In this document: positions 38,620-52,945 of the stretch, piece after piece
Layout: each line of letters opens with the position of its first letter
How positions within the stretch are numbered: position 1 is the stretch's first letter
Assembly: GCA_951406725.2 (NCBI GenBank)
Contig: OX597827.1
Coordinates: 9,362,001 to 9,426,000, forward strand
Source of the DNA: Octopus vulgaris
Taxonomy: Eukaryota
Reading direction: 5' to 3'
Length of the DNA stretch: 64,000 bases
Made by a program: the position numbers and the translations under genes
The notes under the pieces: model-generated
Databases searched by the model: none
What the model saw: the letters and a program-made list of their open reading frames with translations, nothing else
Told to the model about the DNA's origin: nothing

Positions 38620-38929
38620 GTTTTGCCTCATCCGCCATACTCACCAGACCTCTCGCCTACCGACTTCCACTTTTTCAAGCATCTCGACAACTTCCTGCCT
38701 GAGAAATGCTTCAAAAACCAAGACGATGCCAAACACACCCTCAACGACTTCATCACCACCAGAACACAGGATTTTTATGCTACTAGCATAAATAAATTTG
38801 TTTCGCGTTGGCAAAAGCTTGTTGATTCTGATGGTGTTTATTTCGATAAATAAAGTTTTGTTTGAGCCAAGGCATGTGCGTCTGAATTTAAAGGTTAAAA
38901 ACCACAAGAACTTCCTTGACAACTTAATA
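38620..38929 (+). mobile_element. Mariner transposase C-terminal fragment with 3' end
   Basis: LPHPPYSPDLSPTDFHFFKHLDNFL...INKFVSRWQKLVDSDGVYFDK*, followed by a TIR-like end. Confidence 0.88.
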
Positions 38930-38937
38930 TTAATACT

Positions 38938-39162
38938 TACCCCTTCATTACTGTATTTATTTTGAGATTCACTGTTTTTCTCTGAATTATTTTAAATATA
39001 ACAAAGAATTTAGTAAAATAACTTAGTTATCATTCAGCTAGTGTTAGGAACATTAATTGTGACTAAGGTTTGGTGAAAGATTTTAATTCAAAGCTTATGA
39101 AAACAAGACATTTGTACTCAGAGCCAGAGCCGGTTTTAGCCGGGTTGGTAACGAAAGGGTTA
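38938..39162. mobile_element. piggyBac-like MITE, decayed left end
   Basis: Right end GGTAACGAAAGGG|TTAA; left end TTACCCCTTCATTAC is a partial complement. Confidence 0.5.
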
Positions 39163-39329
39163 AATTCTTGCAGTTGATAACTTGCATGGGTTGCTTCTTT
39201 GTTACTATAAAAATCTCCAAAATGAGTCAAGCTTGAATCCTCATTTCTACAAAGTGATTATACATCCCCCTCTTTTCCCATACTTTACACTTTTATTTTT
39301 GTATTTCTTTTGAAATATATTGTTTTAGT

Positions 39330-39626
39330 GTGGCCAAAGCCAGTGCCGCCTCGACTGGCTTCCGTGCAGGTGGCACGTAAAATGCACTAATCCGACCGTG
39401 GCCGATGCCAGCCTCGCCTGGCACCAGTGCAGGTGGCACGTAAAAAGCACCCACTACACTCTCGGAGTGGTTGGCGTTAGGAAGGGCATCCAGCTGTAGA
39501 AATTTTGCCAGATAAGACCGGAGCCTGGTGCAGCCTTCTGGCTTCCCAGATCCCTGGTCGAACCGTCCAACCCATGCTAGCATGGAGAATGGACGTTAAA
39601 CGATGATGATGATGATGATGATGATG
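39330..39626 (+). mobile_element. RTE 3'-end fragment
   Basis: Ends GGACGTTAAAC(GAT)n. Confidence 0.75.
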
Positions 39627-39984
39627 TTTCAATAAATTTTGAAAATAATAATGAACTTTGTAAAACAACTTTGTCATAATGCAGTTGGCGTTTGGACCAT
39701 AAATTAATATGAAATTTTGATGGAAGGTTTCTAATCAAAACAGGAAATTTGTATCATAGTACCAAGGGTGGTCTTAGGACAGGGGGATAGGAAAAGGGTT
39801 TATGGTGATATGAAATCATAGATATTCTTAGTAGTAAGATTTTATTGCGTCTGTTTAAACACATTTCAATACCTCAGAATATAAGGGGAATAGAAAAACA
39901 AAAAAACAAAAATCAATGTTTATCTTCAATATAAAATTATTTGTCAGTTTCAATTAATTGTGTTTATCGTCATTGTCGTCATCG

Positions 39985-40910
39985 TCATCGTCATCATCAG
40001 TGTTGTCATATCCACTTTTCATCTGATCTGGCAAGGTTTCTACAGCTCGATGCCTTTCCTAATGCCAACCACTCTGAGAGGGTAGTGGGTGCTTTTTACA
40101 TGCCACCTGCACAGGGATTAGTCAGATGGCACTAGCATCAATCACGTTCGAATGGTGCTTTTTACATTCCACAGGCATGGGAGCCACTCAAGTGGCACTG
40201 GCATCGACCATGCTTGAATGGTGCTTTTTACGTGCTACTGGTACAGATGCCAGTCAGGTGACACTGGTATCGGCCATGACCACAATTTCTCTTGACTCAA
40301 CAGGTCTTCTCAAGCACAACATACTGCCCGACAATTGAAGGATACTTTTAAGTGGACTGGTTATGCAACACTGGCATCGGCCATGGCTATCATCTCACTT
40401 GACTTGCCGGGTCTTCTCAATCACAGCATATCTCCAAAGGTCTCGGCCACTTGCCATTACCTCTGTGAGACCTAACTTTCAATGGTTGTGCTTCACCACC
40501 TCATCCCAGGTCTTCCTGGGTCTACCTCTTCCACAGGTTCCTTCCACTGTAAGGATGTGACATTTCTTCACACAGCTGTCCTCATCCATACATAACACAT
40601 GGCCATACCAGCGCACTCATCTCTCTTGCAGACCACATCTGATGCTTTTTATGTCTAACTTTTCTCTCAGGGTGCTTACACTCTGTCATAGATGCTCACT
40701 GACATTACACATCCAGCAGAGCATACTAGCTTCATTTCTTTTAAGCTTACACATGTCCTCAGCAGTGGTAGCCCATATTTCACTGCCATATAGAACAGCT
40801 GTTCAAACACATGCATCATGCAGTGTACCTTTCACTCTGAGTGAGAGACTCTTTGTTACCAGCAGAGACAGGAGCTCCCTATTCTTATACTAGCAGCTAT
40901 GCTCTCAGAG
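39985..40910 (-). mobile_element. 5'-truncated RTE-clade LINE, second copy
   Basis: Reverse-complement homologue of about 58880-59870. Confidence 0.8.
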
Positions 40911-40946
<36 letters not shown>

Positions 40947-43371
40947 CTTATATAAATTATAATTAGCAAAAATAGTGTTAACATTTACAAGTATTCAGTG
41001 AGCCATTCTCTGATTCATTGCATTTCTGATGGCAAGAGTAACAAGGGAGCATCTATGTAAGTCAAGGTAGAATGTATATCACAAGGGACTTCGTTTTGAA
41101 TGCATAAGTTTTTTAGTTTTCTTGCTGATATTTATATTTTTTACTAATAAACAAGGAGAGAAATATATACACATATGCCCAAACAACTATATGTATATAT
41201 ATAAAATACAAAAAGGGACAAGAACGCAAAGCATCCGGACAGCTAGGTGATACAAAAAGGGACAACAAAACATCCATATAGACGATACAAAGAAAACAAG
41301 GACGGGTCATTCGAAGTTTTCTTTCTTCAGTCAAGCACCAGATTATCCTCGCAATTTTGGCTGATTATTCTTGAGATTACTCTAATCTGGCCAGCCCCAA
41401 GGAAAAACTAAGCTAAGAGCATTAGATTCCTTTGAAGAGAGCAGTGAATGTATACAAAAACAAGGACGGAAAAAAAGGATGATGTTACACAAATATAAAT
41501 ACAATAAGAAAATACAATAAAAATACAATTAAAATAATAGTACACACATACATACACACAGACACACTCATGCACAGACACACCAGGCTTCCTTGTACCA
41601 GTTCCAACTCTTAATGTATTGGTCAACTGAAGATGTGGTAGAAAACGCTTGCTTAATGTACTACACAGTAGAAATCCAATCTACGACCATGTGGTTATAA
41701 AATGGACTCTTTATCAACATGGCCATGCTTACCATGCTGGGGATGGTAATATAATCCAGCAGTTAATTATCAATATAGGAGGAAGAACAATTGTATCTAT
41801 GTTCTTTGAAGCAGAACGTCTGGATGGATATGATTCAGAACTGCTTTCTCAAATATCTTACATTCAAATTCACAGCAGGCCTTTTATGGTGTCATTAGAC
41901 AGAACACTTAAATGTCCATATTTCTGTCTACCTAACTGTGGTGGGAAGGTTCCAGATCATTTGGGATTGTTTCTGGCGATTGGCTGTCATTCTATCCACA
42001 AAGAAATGTATTTCATCAGTGCATATCCTCATGAAATTGCTTATAAACACGATTTGAGGAAGCATTTATTATTGTATAATATCTTTAGATAGTCCTATAA
42101 ATCAGGGATCAAGAGTGATGACTTTTGTATACAGTTCTTGACAAAAGACAAATCAACAAACATTTTAACATGGTGTTTATATATGCTAAGAATCAGTGCC
42201 GGATTTAGGACAAATGAGGCCCTGTGCTAGTTAAGTTACGAGGCCCCTTACTTGGAACGTTTGATATTTGAGGCTCCTCATTTGAATGTTTGACATTTGG
42301 CCAACAGGGCCTTGTGTTTAACCACACCTAACCACAATAGTAAAGCCAGTACTGTCAAGAATGAAGAAAAATACATGAAACAGATTTTGCTAGAATTAAC
42401 CAGTCCATTTGGAGGAAAAAGTCAATTTAGTGCTAGATATATAATCAGAGAGAAAATAAAGTTTGATGAGTTGGCAGTGAAGGTTTATCACAGAAGAAAG
42501 AAATCTGAAATGATTTGAGATAAAGCTATAATGTCTATTCTAGAATGTCCAAATCTTCAGTCAAAATGATGGATATTTTGAGCACCACAGACCAATGCTC
42601 AACCTATATTTGTTTGCGAAACAGACATCGTCAACTTCATCATCTTCCTCATCGTTGTTGTTGTCATTATCATTGTCACCATCATTATCTTCTGTACTGT
42701 GATGACAATGAAGATATTAAAAGGAATATTTGGGAGCAAAAAAGAAGCTTGAAGAAGAATTATTGTGAAAATAGTATGGGAAAATGACAAAAGCAATTTA
42801 TAACTGAAATCTCTTTAAAATAGGTTTCTTTCATTGGCAACAATGTAAACAATGTTTAAGAATTACTCTTTGATATCTATATATCTTTAGCCATTGGCAA
42901 CTATATCAAAACCATTCTCCTTAAAATTGCAGAGCCTAATCCTAAAAAAAAAAAAAAAAAAAAAAAAAAATTAAGACTATATCACTATATTTGTAAAGTA
43001 AGTCCTTATGAAAGATTGAATGGAAGAAAACAAATTTACTTGGGGCTAATAACTGAAAAAATAAGTAAACTTAATTGTTATGGAAAGGCTTAAAACAGAT
43101 GCTTGCTAGGGAACATTTTTGCAATGCACAACAAGTAGCATGCCAAAGATATGAAAATAAAGGCGTAGAAACAGGCTGATTGACTCTGAAATATTGAAAC
43201 TTATTGTCAATGGTTAATGAAGTCAAGCTTAAATCATTTCCAGACTATATCCGTGTGCTTCCCTTTAGCTGAAAAAATCAGTATTAATTATATGTTATAA
43301 CATAGTTCCAGAAATCTCTAAAACCATAAATTTCAAAAATCATGCAACGAAAATTTGTTAATTAATACTAT

Positions 43372-43742
43372 TTTACTATTTACTATTTTACTTGTTTCAG
43401 TCATTTGACTGCGGCCATGCTGGAGCACCACCATTAGTCGAGCATATCGACCCCGGGATTTATTCTTTGTAAGCCCAGTACTTATTCTATCGGTCTCTTT
43501 TGCCGAACCGCTAAGTGACGGGGACGTAAACACACCAGCAAACACAGACACACAAACCCACACACACATACATATATACGATAGGCTTCTTTCAGTTTCC
43601 GTCTACCAAATCCACACACAAGGCATTGGTCGGCCCGGGGCTATAGCAGAAGACACTTGCCCAAGATGCCACGCAGTGGGACTGAACCCGGAAACATGTG
43701 GTTGGTTAGCAAGCTACTTACCACACAGCCACTCCTGCGCCT
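43372..43742 (-). mobile_element. SINE family A
   Basis: Homologue with a small internal deletion. Confidence 0.85.
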
Positions 43743-44134
43743 AATGTAGTATTTATCGTTCAGATGTCTACTTATAGAAAGGGATTTCTACTTGGACTTC
43801 TACTACACATTTGTGTCACCAATGTCCAACTAAAAATGTATTACCATCATTGTTTTAACATTTTCTTTCTCGTGCTTGCATAGGTTGGATGCAGTTTATT
43901 GAGACAGATTTTCTATGATTGGATGCCTGTCCTGTTGCCTGTTGTTTCCAAGCAAGGGTAATATTTCTCAATGGATAAACATATTTGCACAGAATATTGG
44001 AAATGAATGGCACTACCATGAATGTGACATTGATTTACAACTATCACATGATGCTAAGACAAGGTGACACAAACATACACACGTATATACATACATACAT
44101 ACATACATACATACATACATACATACAGACAGAC

Positions 44135-44175
<41 letters not shown>

Positions 44176-44276
44176 CATACACACACACGATGGGCTTTTT
44201 TCTGTTTCTATTTTACGAAGTCCACTCACAAAGCTTTGTGAGAAGATTTGGTAGACAGAAACTGAAAGAAGCCCAT

Positions 44277-44315
<39 letters not shown>

Positions 44316-44842
44316 GTGTGTGTGTGTCTGTCTGTCTCTGTGAGTTTGTTCTCTACCACTACTTGACAATCAGTGTTAGCAAGTTTCTGTCACATTGACT
44401 TAGTGGTTCGGCAAAAGAAACTGATAGAATAATTACTAGACTTAAAAAATAAGTCCTGGGGTCGATTTGTTTGATTAAAAACCTTCGAGGCAGAGCTCCA
44501 GCATGGCTGCACTCAAACGACTGAAACAAATAAAAGATAATAAAAAAAAGATAAAAGATTTTCAGGACTTAAGCATTTTGGATAAAGGATTATTATTTGT
44601 ATCACAAGGCTGGATTATTTCAAAGCAATAAGTTTCCTCGTTCGGTGTAGACTTGGGGATTACAGCAGCAGAAGTGGAGAAATTTCTTGGCAGTGCCATC
44701 TCATTCAGAATGATATGGACACCTTCTGACAAGAGATATCTAAGAACTTCTAAGAGACATTATCAGGACATGTGAATGAAAAAGTCTAGTTTCAATGATA
44801 GAACAATGTTAACAAAACAGAAAAGAAAGAAAGAACAATGAA

Positions 44843-45250
44843 TAGGCGTAGGAGTGGCTGTGTGGTAAGCAGTTTGCTTACCAGCTACATGGTTCCGGGT
44901 TCAATCCCAGTGCGTGGCACCTTGGGCAAGTGTCTTCTACTATAGCCTCAGGCCGACCAAAGCCTTGTGAGTGGATTTGGTAGACGGAAACTGGAAGAAG
45001 CCCGTCGTATATATGTATATATATATATGTGTGTGTATGTGTCTTTTTGTGTGTCTGTGTTTGTCCCCCTTGCATTGCTTGACAACCGATGCTGGTGAGT
45101 TTATGTCCCCGTCACTTAGCGGTTTGGCAAAAGAGACCAATAGAATAAGTACTGGGCTTACAAAGAATAAGTCCCGGTGTCGATTTGCTCGACTAAAGGC
45201 GGTGCTCCAGCATGGCCGCAGTCAGATGACTGAAACAAGTAAAAGAAAAA
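44843..45250 (+). mobile_element. SINE family A
   Basis: Full-length, plus orientation. Confidence 0.88.
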
Positions 45251-46193
45251 ATAAAATAAAAAAAAATAAAAAATAAAAATACATCACAAACTTGTTTGTA
45301 AAAAAAAATGTGAATTTCCAGATGAAAATTTAGAACTAAATGTTTTTAAACATATATTTAATTAAACACAGTCTAGTTAAATTATTGTTGACAAAAATAT
45401 CTGATCAGAGCTTTAGTGTAACATTGTATATAATTCTTCATTTAATTGTCATTTTTAATTTAGTTGGAATATTTTGTCACGTAGAGATAACTTTCTATTT
45501 GAATTTGTATTGTTCATTTAAAAGTGAAAACAAATCTGTAATCTAGTTGGGAAAAATAATCTTTGCAAAGAAGAAATTTTTGGCTGTTCATATCCAACAT
45601 GGTAATAAAAGACAAAAAAAAAAAACCCCAAAAAAAGCTAAAACAAAAGAAAGACAAAATAGAAAGAAAATGTAGACAGCAGAAAAATACGAAATAACTG
45701 AACCTAAATGAACTTAAAATTTCCTTCTTCTCTAAAATGATCGACTTTTTTTCCAAAACAAATGAATAAATAAATGAATAGATAAATATAAACAAATAAA
45801 TATAGACAACATCTAATAAATTAAAAGATTAAAAATGCCAATATGGTTGATGAAGTTTTGATAGAAAGCTTATTTAAAACAGTAAATCTGTTTAAAATAA
45901 TATATTGCCTAATGATCTGAATGCTGCTGGCTCTTCAGCGGAATAAAAAAGGGATAGATCATATTTTGCTCAGTTGACATGAAAGGATTAAAATTGTAGT
46001 TAGAACAGAATTTATTCAAGGACTAATCTTTGTATGATTTTATTACTGCATTTTTGGTGGAGGAACGGTGTGTTGGGTGAGATAGTGGAGGGGGATTCAA
46101 ATAATAAATTCTATTCAAATATCTTGTTAGATTAATATCCCCCCCCCCAAAAAAAAACAACCTAAAGATCATTATCATAATGTGCTTTATATG

Positions 46194-46313
<120 letters not shown>

Positions 46314-46539
46314 ATTTATTTATTTATTTATCTATCTGTTTGTTTCCCTGCAAATTCCAATATAATTATCAAAGCTTTTGTAAACTTTGTAGTTTACCTC
46401 CCAACAAAACAATGTATGGTAATTTAAGAGAATTGTGCATAAGAAAGCATCCATAGCCTGAGATAAAGAATGTTCCAAGGATATGGAAAAAGTAATGAAC
46501 ATTATAGTAGGTAGCTTTGTTTGAAAGAGAAACCGGGAA

Positions 46540-46800
46540 GATGTAAGCCACGAATTTAGGAGTGGTTAACTCTAAAGATATGGAATGAAAAGAACATATT
46601 CAAAGAATATCCTCAAAGGAGCTATATCAGATGATATATCATAGATTCAATGTTTACGACAACATGATTATTCTATTCAAATCCCTCGTAAGACCCAAAT
46701 TAGAATATTGTTGCCAGTGACAGTTCCCAAAGAAAAATGGAGAAATAACTGCTGCACTAAAAGGAATCCAATGGTCATTTTAAAAATCAATAATGGAATA
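46540..46800 (+). mobile_element. CR1-like LINE remnant
   Basis: MIILFKSLVRPKLEYCCQ resembles the CR1 LYxxLVRPHLEY motif; decayed. Confidence 0.6.
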
Positions 46801-48387
46801 TTGTCTGTCTTGTGATAAGAAAGTGAATTCATTAAAGAAAGACCGGGAGGTAAGAAGAACTCTTGTTACACAGAGAAGAAACACATAAGCATCTATACTG
46901 AAAACCAACATAAAGAATTTGGTTTGGAAATGGTATTTGAAAGCTATTATTGATGAAGGTATGAGCTGCAAAAAGGAAGAAAAGAAAGAAGGAAGGGGAG
47001 AAAGACAAGCAAGAATGGAATGGAAGATGGAAAGAGAACTGGTTGAAACACTGCAAAAGAAAATTATATGAAAGAAGAAAAACGTTGTTGTATTCTAATC
47101 CAATGAGTCTTCATTATTTCATTCTTGTTTTTCCCATTGATGTGTTATTTGAAAAAATAATTGATGTAATTCATGTTTTGATTTGGAACATTGGAATAAA
47201 GCAAATTATATGCAATTTACTATTTAAGTCTTTTTACGTAGAGTATTTGATAGTTACTTTAAGTTTAAAAACATCAACAAAGGTATTTCACATGCAACTG
47301 AAGATTTCAATTTACCTATTTATCTTAAATCTTAAAATTTCATTTATGATATACACAAATTTTTAATTCACCAATTTATTGCCTTCTGTAAAAGCTACTA
47401 TGACAATATAATTGCAAATTTGAAATACATTTCAGTATAAAAGACTTTGTGTCTTTTGGTTTTGGGGGAAAATATAGAATAGTAACAATAATTATAATGA
47501 TTAATGATGACGATGGTAAGAACAACAACAACATCGTCATCGTCACAACCAGCACCACCACCTACACCACCACCACCACCATCATGATCATCATTATTTG
47601 ATTCAAATAAAGCTGTAAATTTTTAGCTATTTTCATTTCCAGTATTTTCAAGGCTTCCTATATTTTTAATAAGCTTTTTCATTTTCTATCCAATTATCCA
47701 TATGGAATTCTTTCAGTATTTCTTCAATTTCAAGAAGCAGTATTTAATCAGCATAAGCTTAAATATCATATTTTCATCATTATTTGAATATGATAAATTT
47801 TGTTTGTACAGTCCAATATTAAAAATGAATTTAGGGGCTTAGTTAGTGCTAGGCTATATGTAATATAAACCAGCTGATAAATACATCTTAACTCTTTTAT
47901 AAAACTTTTTCTTAATGTTGATGTTTTAAAACATTATCATGCCAGAAATTTCTATGTTTTTTGCAATAAAATTAAAAAAAAAACTTATGGTCTTCATACC
48001 CACAAAAAGTAAAAATTAAATTTGTGGCTATGCAGCAGTTACACATAATGGAACCAGTAGCAAACTTCAAGGGAATGCATTTTCGAATGTTAAGAATTCC
48101 TTTTTGGCCATATTTTGTTAATTATTAATTAAATTTCTAATTGTGTGTCTGTTGATACAAACATCATCTTTATTTACAACTTATTTAAAATAAATTCTCT
48201 CTCGCACTTTCTGTCTGTCTGTCTCTCACTTTACACACACACACACACATGCGTATAAGAGTTGGAAATAAATGTAATGTAAAGAAGGTATGCATTTTTT
48301 TAATAACTGATCTAGATCATTCCAATTGTACATATCAGAAAACAATCCTTCTCCTCTAGTAATTCTTCTTTCTGTTCTACTTTATTG

Positions 48388-48770
48388 GTGGAGGCGCAAT
48401 GGCCCAGTGGTTAGGGCAGCGGACTCGCGGTCGGAGGATCGCGGTTTCAATTCCCAGACCGGGCATTGTGAGTGTTTATTGAGCGAAAACACCTAAAGCT
48501 CCACGAGGCTCCGGCAGGGGATGGTGGTGAGCCCTGCTGTACTCTTTCACCACAACTTTCTCTCGCTCTTTCTTCCTGTTTCTGTTGTACCTGTATTTCA
48601 AAGGGCCAGCCTTGTCACACTCTGTGTCACACTGAATCTCCCCAAGAACTATGTTAAGTGTACACGTGTCTGTGTAGTGCTCAGCCACTTGCACGTTAAT
48701 ATCACGAGCAAGCTGTTCCGTTGATCGTATCAGCTGGGACCCTCATCGTCGCAACCGACGGAGTGCTCCT
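48388..48770 (+). mobile_element. SINE family C
   Basis: Full-length; TSD TCTACTTTATTG. Confidence 0.88.
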
Positions 48771-48782
48771 ACTCTACTTTAT

Positions 48783-49085
48783 TGCAGGAAAATAACAGTT
48801 CCCACGTAGAAGCAAAGTGCTGTTATTTAATTTTAATAAAGGAGAGGTGTAGGATGTCTGATATCCACAGAGGACTATGAGTTGTTTACAGAGATGACAC
48901 CATTGACAAGATTTATGTGCATCGGTGGATGGAAGAATTTTAAAGGTTTGAAGAAAAACCATGCAGTGGACGACCGTCAATTGCAACCAGTGACATGAAT
49001 TACTTGTGAGTGGATGAATTGATTTGCCCAGACAGAAGCATCACTATCTGTGAGTTTGCTATATCACTAGATTGTGGTCACAATG
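48783..49085 (+). mobile_element. Mariner N-terminal (HTH) remnant
   Basis: VVYRDDTIDKIYVHRWMEEF...EKPCSGRPS...VDELICPDRSITICE. Confidence 0.55.
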
Positions 49086-49090
49086 CTTAA

Positions 49091-49226
49091 CTCTTTGAGC
49101 CTGTAACACCGGTTTACTGGTAAACGGCTTATTTTTCTCAATACCATAGCACCGCTCAGCTGGTGAAGTGCATCTGGAGGCCAAGTATATGGTTAAATAA
49201 GATTCAGGAGGTCAGGGCTCAAAGGG
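49091..49226. mobile_element. piggyBac-like MITE
   Basis: TTAA|CTCTTTGAGCC ... GGCTCAAAGGG|TTAA. Confidence 0.7.
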
Positions 49227-49244
49227 TTAATGGAAGATGGTAGA

Positions 49245-49470
49245 AGGCGGCGAGTTGGCAGAATCGTTAGCATGTCGGGCAAAATGAGTAGCCGTATTTC
49301 ATCTGCCGTTACGTTCTGAGTTCAAATTCCGCCGAGGTCGACTTTGCCTTTCATCCTTTTGGGATCGATAAATTAAGTACCAGTTATGCACTGGAGTCGA
49401 TGTAGTCAACTTAATACCTATGTCTGTCCTTGTTTGTCCCCTCTGTGTTTAGCCCCTTTTGGGTAATGAA
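49245..49470 (+). mobile_element. SINE family B
   Basis: Well-preserved head and central domain. Confidence 0.8.
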
Positions 49471-49760
49471 GTGGTGCAATGAGAGACATGCAAAAAAACT
49501 TTAAAAAGTCAAAACTACAATACTTTTGACAAACTGTACAACAGCCTCAGTAATGCTGGTGACATGAAAAATGCACCCAGTCCACACTGTAAAATGACTT
49601 GCATTAGGAAGAGCTTCAAGTTATAGAAATCAGGCCAAAGTGGACACCAGAACATGATGCAATCCTTAAACCCATCAGATCCTGTCATACTTTCTAACCT
49701 ATGCCAGCATGGAACATGGATGTTAAATGATAGTGATGTCGATGATGATATATATACTTA

Positions 49761-50046
49761 ATATGAACTTAATGTAACTGGTTTGTTGCCCAAGATATAT
49801 AAGAAAAGTATCCAACATAAAGCTAATATTATTTTTCATATTTTTACTCAGGTTTTTGGTACATCTGATGCAACTTTTGTGCATCGCAGAGAAGGGGAAG
49901 CATTTGAGGCTGAATGTCTGGTACCAACCATAAAACGTGGGAGTGGTTCTATCCTGATGTGGGCCTGTATGTCTGCCATGGGACCCAGAGAAATGTTTTT
50001 ATGTGAGTAAAGGATGAATTCAGCTACCTATGTTTCTATGTTATCA
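49761..50046 (+). mobile_element. Internal fragment of the same Tc1 family (intron 3' part plus exon 2)
   Basis: Near-identical to about 54628-54906; encodes VFGTSDATFVHRREGEAFEAECLVPTIKRGSGSILMWACM. Confidence 0.85.
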
Positions 50047-50909
50047 TATATATATGTATGTATATATACATGTATGTAGGTATGTGTGTATTTATGTATA
50101 TATCTATATCTATCTTTTTTCTCTCTATATATACACATATATATATAACATTCGTATTTTAATACAAAACCACTGAATAGAGCCAGCCACTTAAACCAAG
50201 AAATCATGATGGCAGCTGAAGGCGGTTTTATCAAAAGATATTTATTCCATTTTAATCTAATGATAGTTATCAATGGTCATTTCTGTCTTTATAAATATAT
50301 CTCTTTGACTAATGTAGGCTCTAACTACTGGTTATTTTAGGTATAGTTACTGGCAACCATATTGATTTCATAGAAGTCTAGTCATGCTTGCTTTTCATTT
50401 CCTTTCCTTTTTTTTTTTATAATTTACAAGAATAATTATTGAAGTTTTATATATAAACAAAAAAAAAAAAAAAAAAAAAAGAAAGAAAGAAAAAAGGAAA
50501 AAAGAAAACGAAGTAATTATCCTGTAATTTGCTAAAATGCTGTTATGTCTAACTTGATAATAGTCATCAACTAATCTTCAACTGACGACAAGTTCTTAGT
50601 GTGAATCTTCTTTAGGTACCAGCCAGTCTTTCCAAAGACGAAAGTTGAACAATTAAATGGAGTTACATCTGACAATTCATAATCAGGTTAATAATGTGTT
50701 TTTATCAAGCAATTATATTTTGTACTTAAGAAACTAATTTTGTATTCAAAGATTACAGAAACTGAAACATCATTATCTTTTTTTTTTGTTTATTATTATT
50801 ATCTTTTTTTGTTTTTTTTTTGTTTTTCAACCAATTAAAATCCAAATTTCTTTGCTGAAAGTAAAATTGAAATGAAACAAATCAAAATGAAAGAGAAGCT
50901 GTTTCCATT

Positions 50910-51343
50910 TATACTCTTTATACTCTTTTACTTGTTTCAGTCATTTGACTGCGGCCATGCTGGAGCACCACCTTTAATCGAGCAACTCGACCCCAGGACT
51001 TATTCTTTTGTAAGCCCAGTACTTATTCTATCGGTCTCCTTTGCCGAACCGCTAAGTAACGGGGACATAAATACACCACCTTTAATCGAGCATCTCGACC
51101 CCAGGACTTATTCTTTTGTAAGCCCAGTACTTATTCTATCGGTCTCTTTTGCCGAACCGCTAAGTAACGGGGACATAAATACACCACCTTTAATCGAGCA
51201 CTCGACCCCGGGACTTATTCTTTTGTAAGCCCAGTACTTATTCTATCGGTCTCTTTTGCCGAACCGCTAAGTAACGGGGACATAAACACACCAGCATCGG
51301 TTGTCAAGCAATGTTGGGGGGACAAACACAGACACACAAACAG

Positions 51344-51387
<44 letters not shown>

Positions 51388-51504
51388 GACGGGCTTCTTT
51401 CAGTTTCCGTCTACCAAATCCACTCACAAGGCATTGGTCGGCCCGGGGCTATAGCAGAAGACACTTACCCAAGGTGCCATGCAGTGGGACTGAACCCGGA
51501 ACCA

Positions 51505-51546
<42 letters not shown>

Positions 51547-51670
51547 TACAACAGGCTTCTTTTCAGTTTCCGTCTACCAAATCCACTCACAAGGCATTGG
51601 TCAGCCCGGGGCTATAGCAGAAGACACTTACCCAAGGTGCCATGCAGTGGGACTGAACCCGGAACCATGC

Positions 51671-51701
<31 letters not shown>

Positions 51702-51785
51702 TACGATGGGCTTCTTTCAGTTTCCGTCTACCAAATCCACTCACAAGGCTTTGGTCGGCCCGAGGCTATAGTAGAAGACACTTGT
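50910..51785 (-). mobile_element. SINE family A with two internal triplications
   Basis: A unit of about 110 bp occurs x3 (from about 50965) and a unit of 160-170 bp occurs x3 (from about 51360); the head is missing. Confidence 0.85.
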
Positions 51786-52538
51786 TTAACAAACTTTATA
51801 AGATATCTTAGACCGATGTGTTTATTACGGTACCAATATACTTCTCACATTTCACAGTCATCAGATTCTGTTTACCAGAATCAACCAAATACTGTTTACT
51901 AGAATTGTAGTTTCTTGATATAATAATGGATGGCAGGAAATACATGGAATACCAGAAGAGAGAAGGAGTGAACTTAAGAGATGAATGAAGTCTAACTGAC
52001 AAACAGCTAAAAAGAAGGAAAAAGGGAATGACTAAGTGAGAAGGAAAAAAAGAGAAGAATAGAAGTTAGATGTAATAGAGAAATATAGAATTCTGAAGAA
52101 AAGTGCTTTGAAAGTTTCTATTGATTCTGGAAGCTGGTTTGGCTGGTAATGGAGATTAAAGAGAAACAAATAAGTGCAATATATGTAGCAATTGTTCGTG
52201 GATAAAGAATAAGAAAAAAAATAGATAAAAAGAAAAAGAAGAATGGCTCATTGGTCAACTACTTATTTAGATAACAGTAATTGATCTATAATGTATATGA
52301 ATTATGAGCAAAAGGTTTGGTTGAATAAGTTTAAACTTAATAAAAGTAAAATTAGACAGAATGAAATAGTCAGAAATTGGAAAATAAAAATGTTGTGGTT
52401 TTTAAATGTAAATGAACTCCTGACAGGCTTCTTAGTCTCAAGAAACAAAGATAAAATATGAGATTCATATATAATGAATAAATTTATATGTGAATATAAA
52501 TACTCAGTATTTAGCTTAATTATATAAATATAACATAC

Positions 52539-52945
52539 GGCGCAGGAGTGGCTGTGTGGTAAGTAGCTTGCTTACCAACCACATGGTTCTGGGTTCAGTC
52601 CCACTGCGTGTGGCATCTTGGGCAAGTGTCTTCTGCTATAGCCCCGGGCCGACCAATGCCTTGTGAGTGGATTTGGTAGACGGAAACTGAAAGAAGCCTG
52701 TCGTATATATGTATATATATATATGTGTGTGTGTGTATGTGTTTGTGTGTCTGTGTTTGTTCCCCTAGCATTGCTTGTGTGTTTACGTCCCCGTCACTTA
52801 GCGGTTCGGCAAAAGAGACCGATAGAATAAGTACTGGGCTTACAAAGAATAAGTCCCGGGGTCGATTTGCTCGACTAAAGGCGGTGCTCCAGCATGGCCG
52901 CAGTCAAATGACTGAAACAAGTAAAAGAGTAAAAGAGTAAAAGAG
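52539..52945 (+). mobile_element. SINE family A inserted in the Tc1 left TIR
   Basis: Splits TA-C from AGCCTTGG. Confidence 0.85.

Noticed and set aside
41180-42180. Unclassified repeat-like block, a 147-aa ORF and a possible hAT remnant (LSNDTIK on the minus strand)
   Set aside because: Single copy in the window and too degenerate to classify; the ORF has no recognisable domain.
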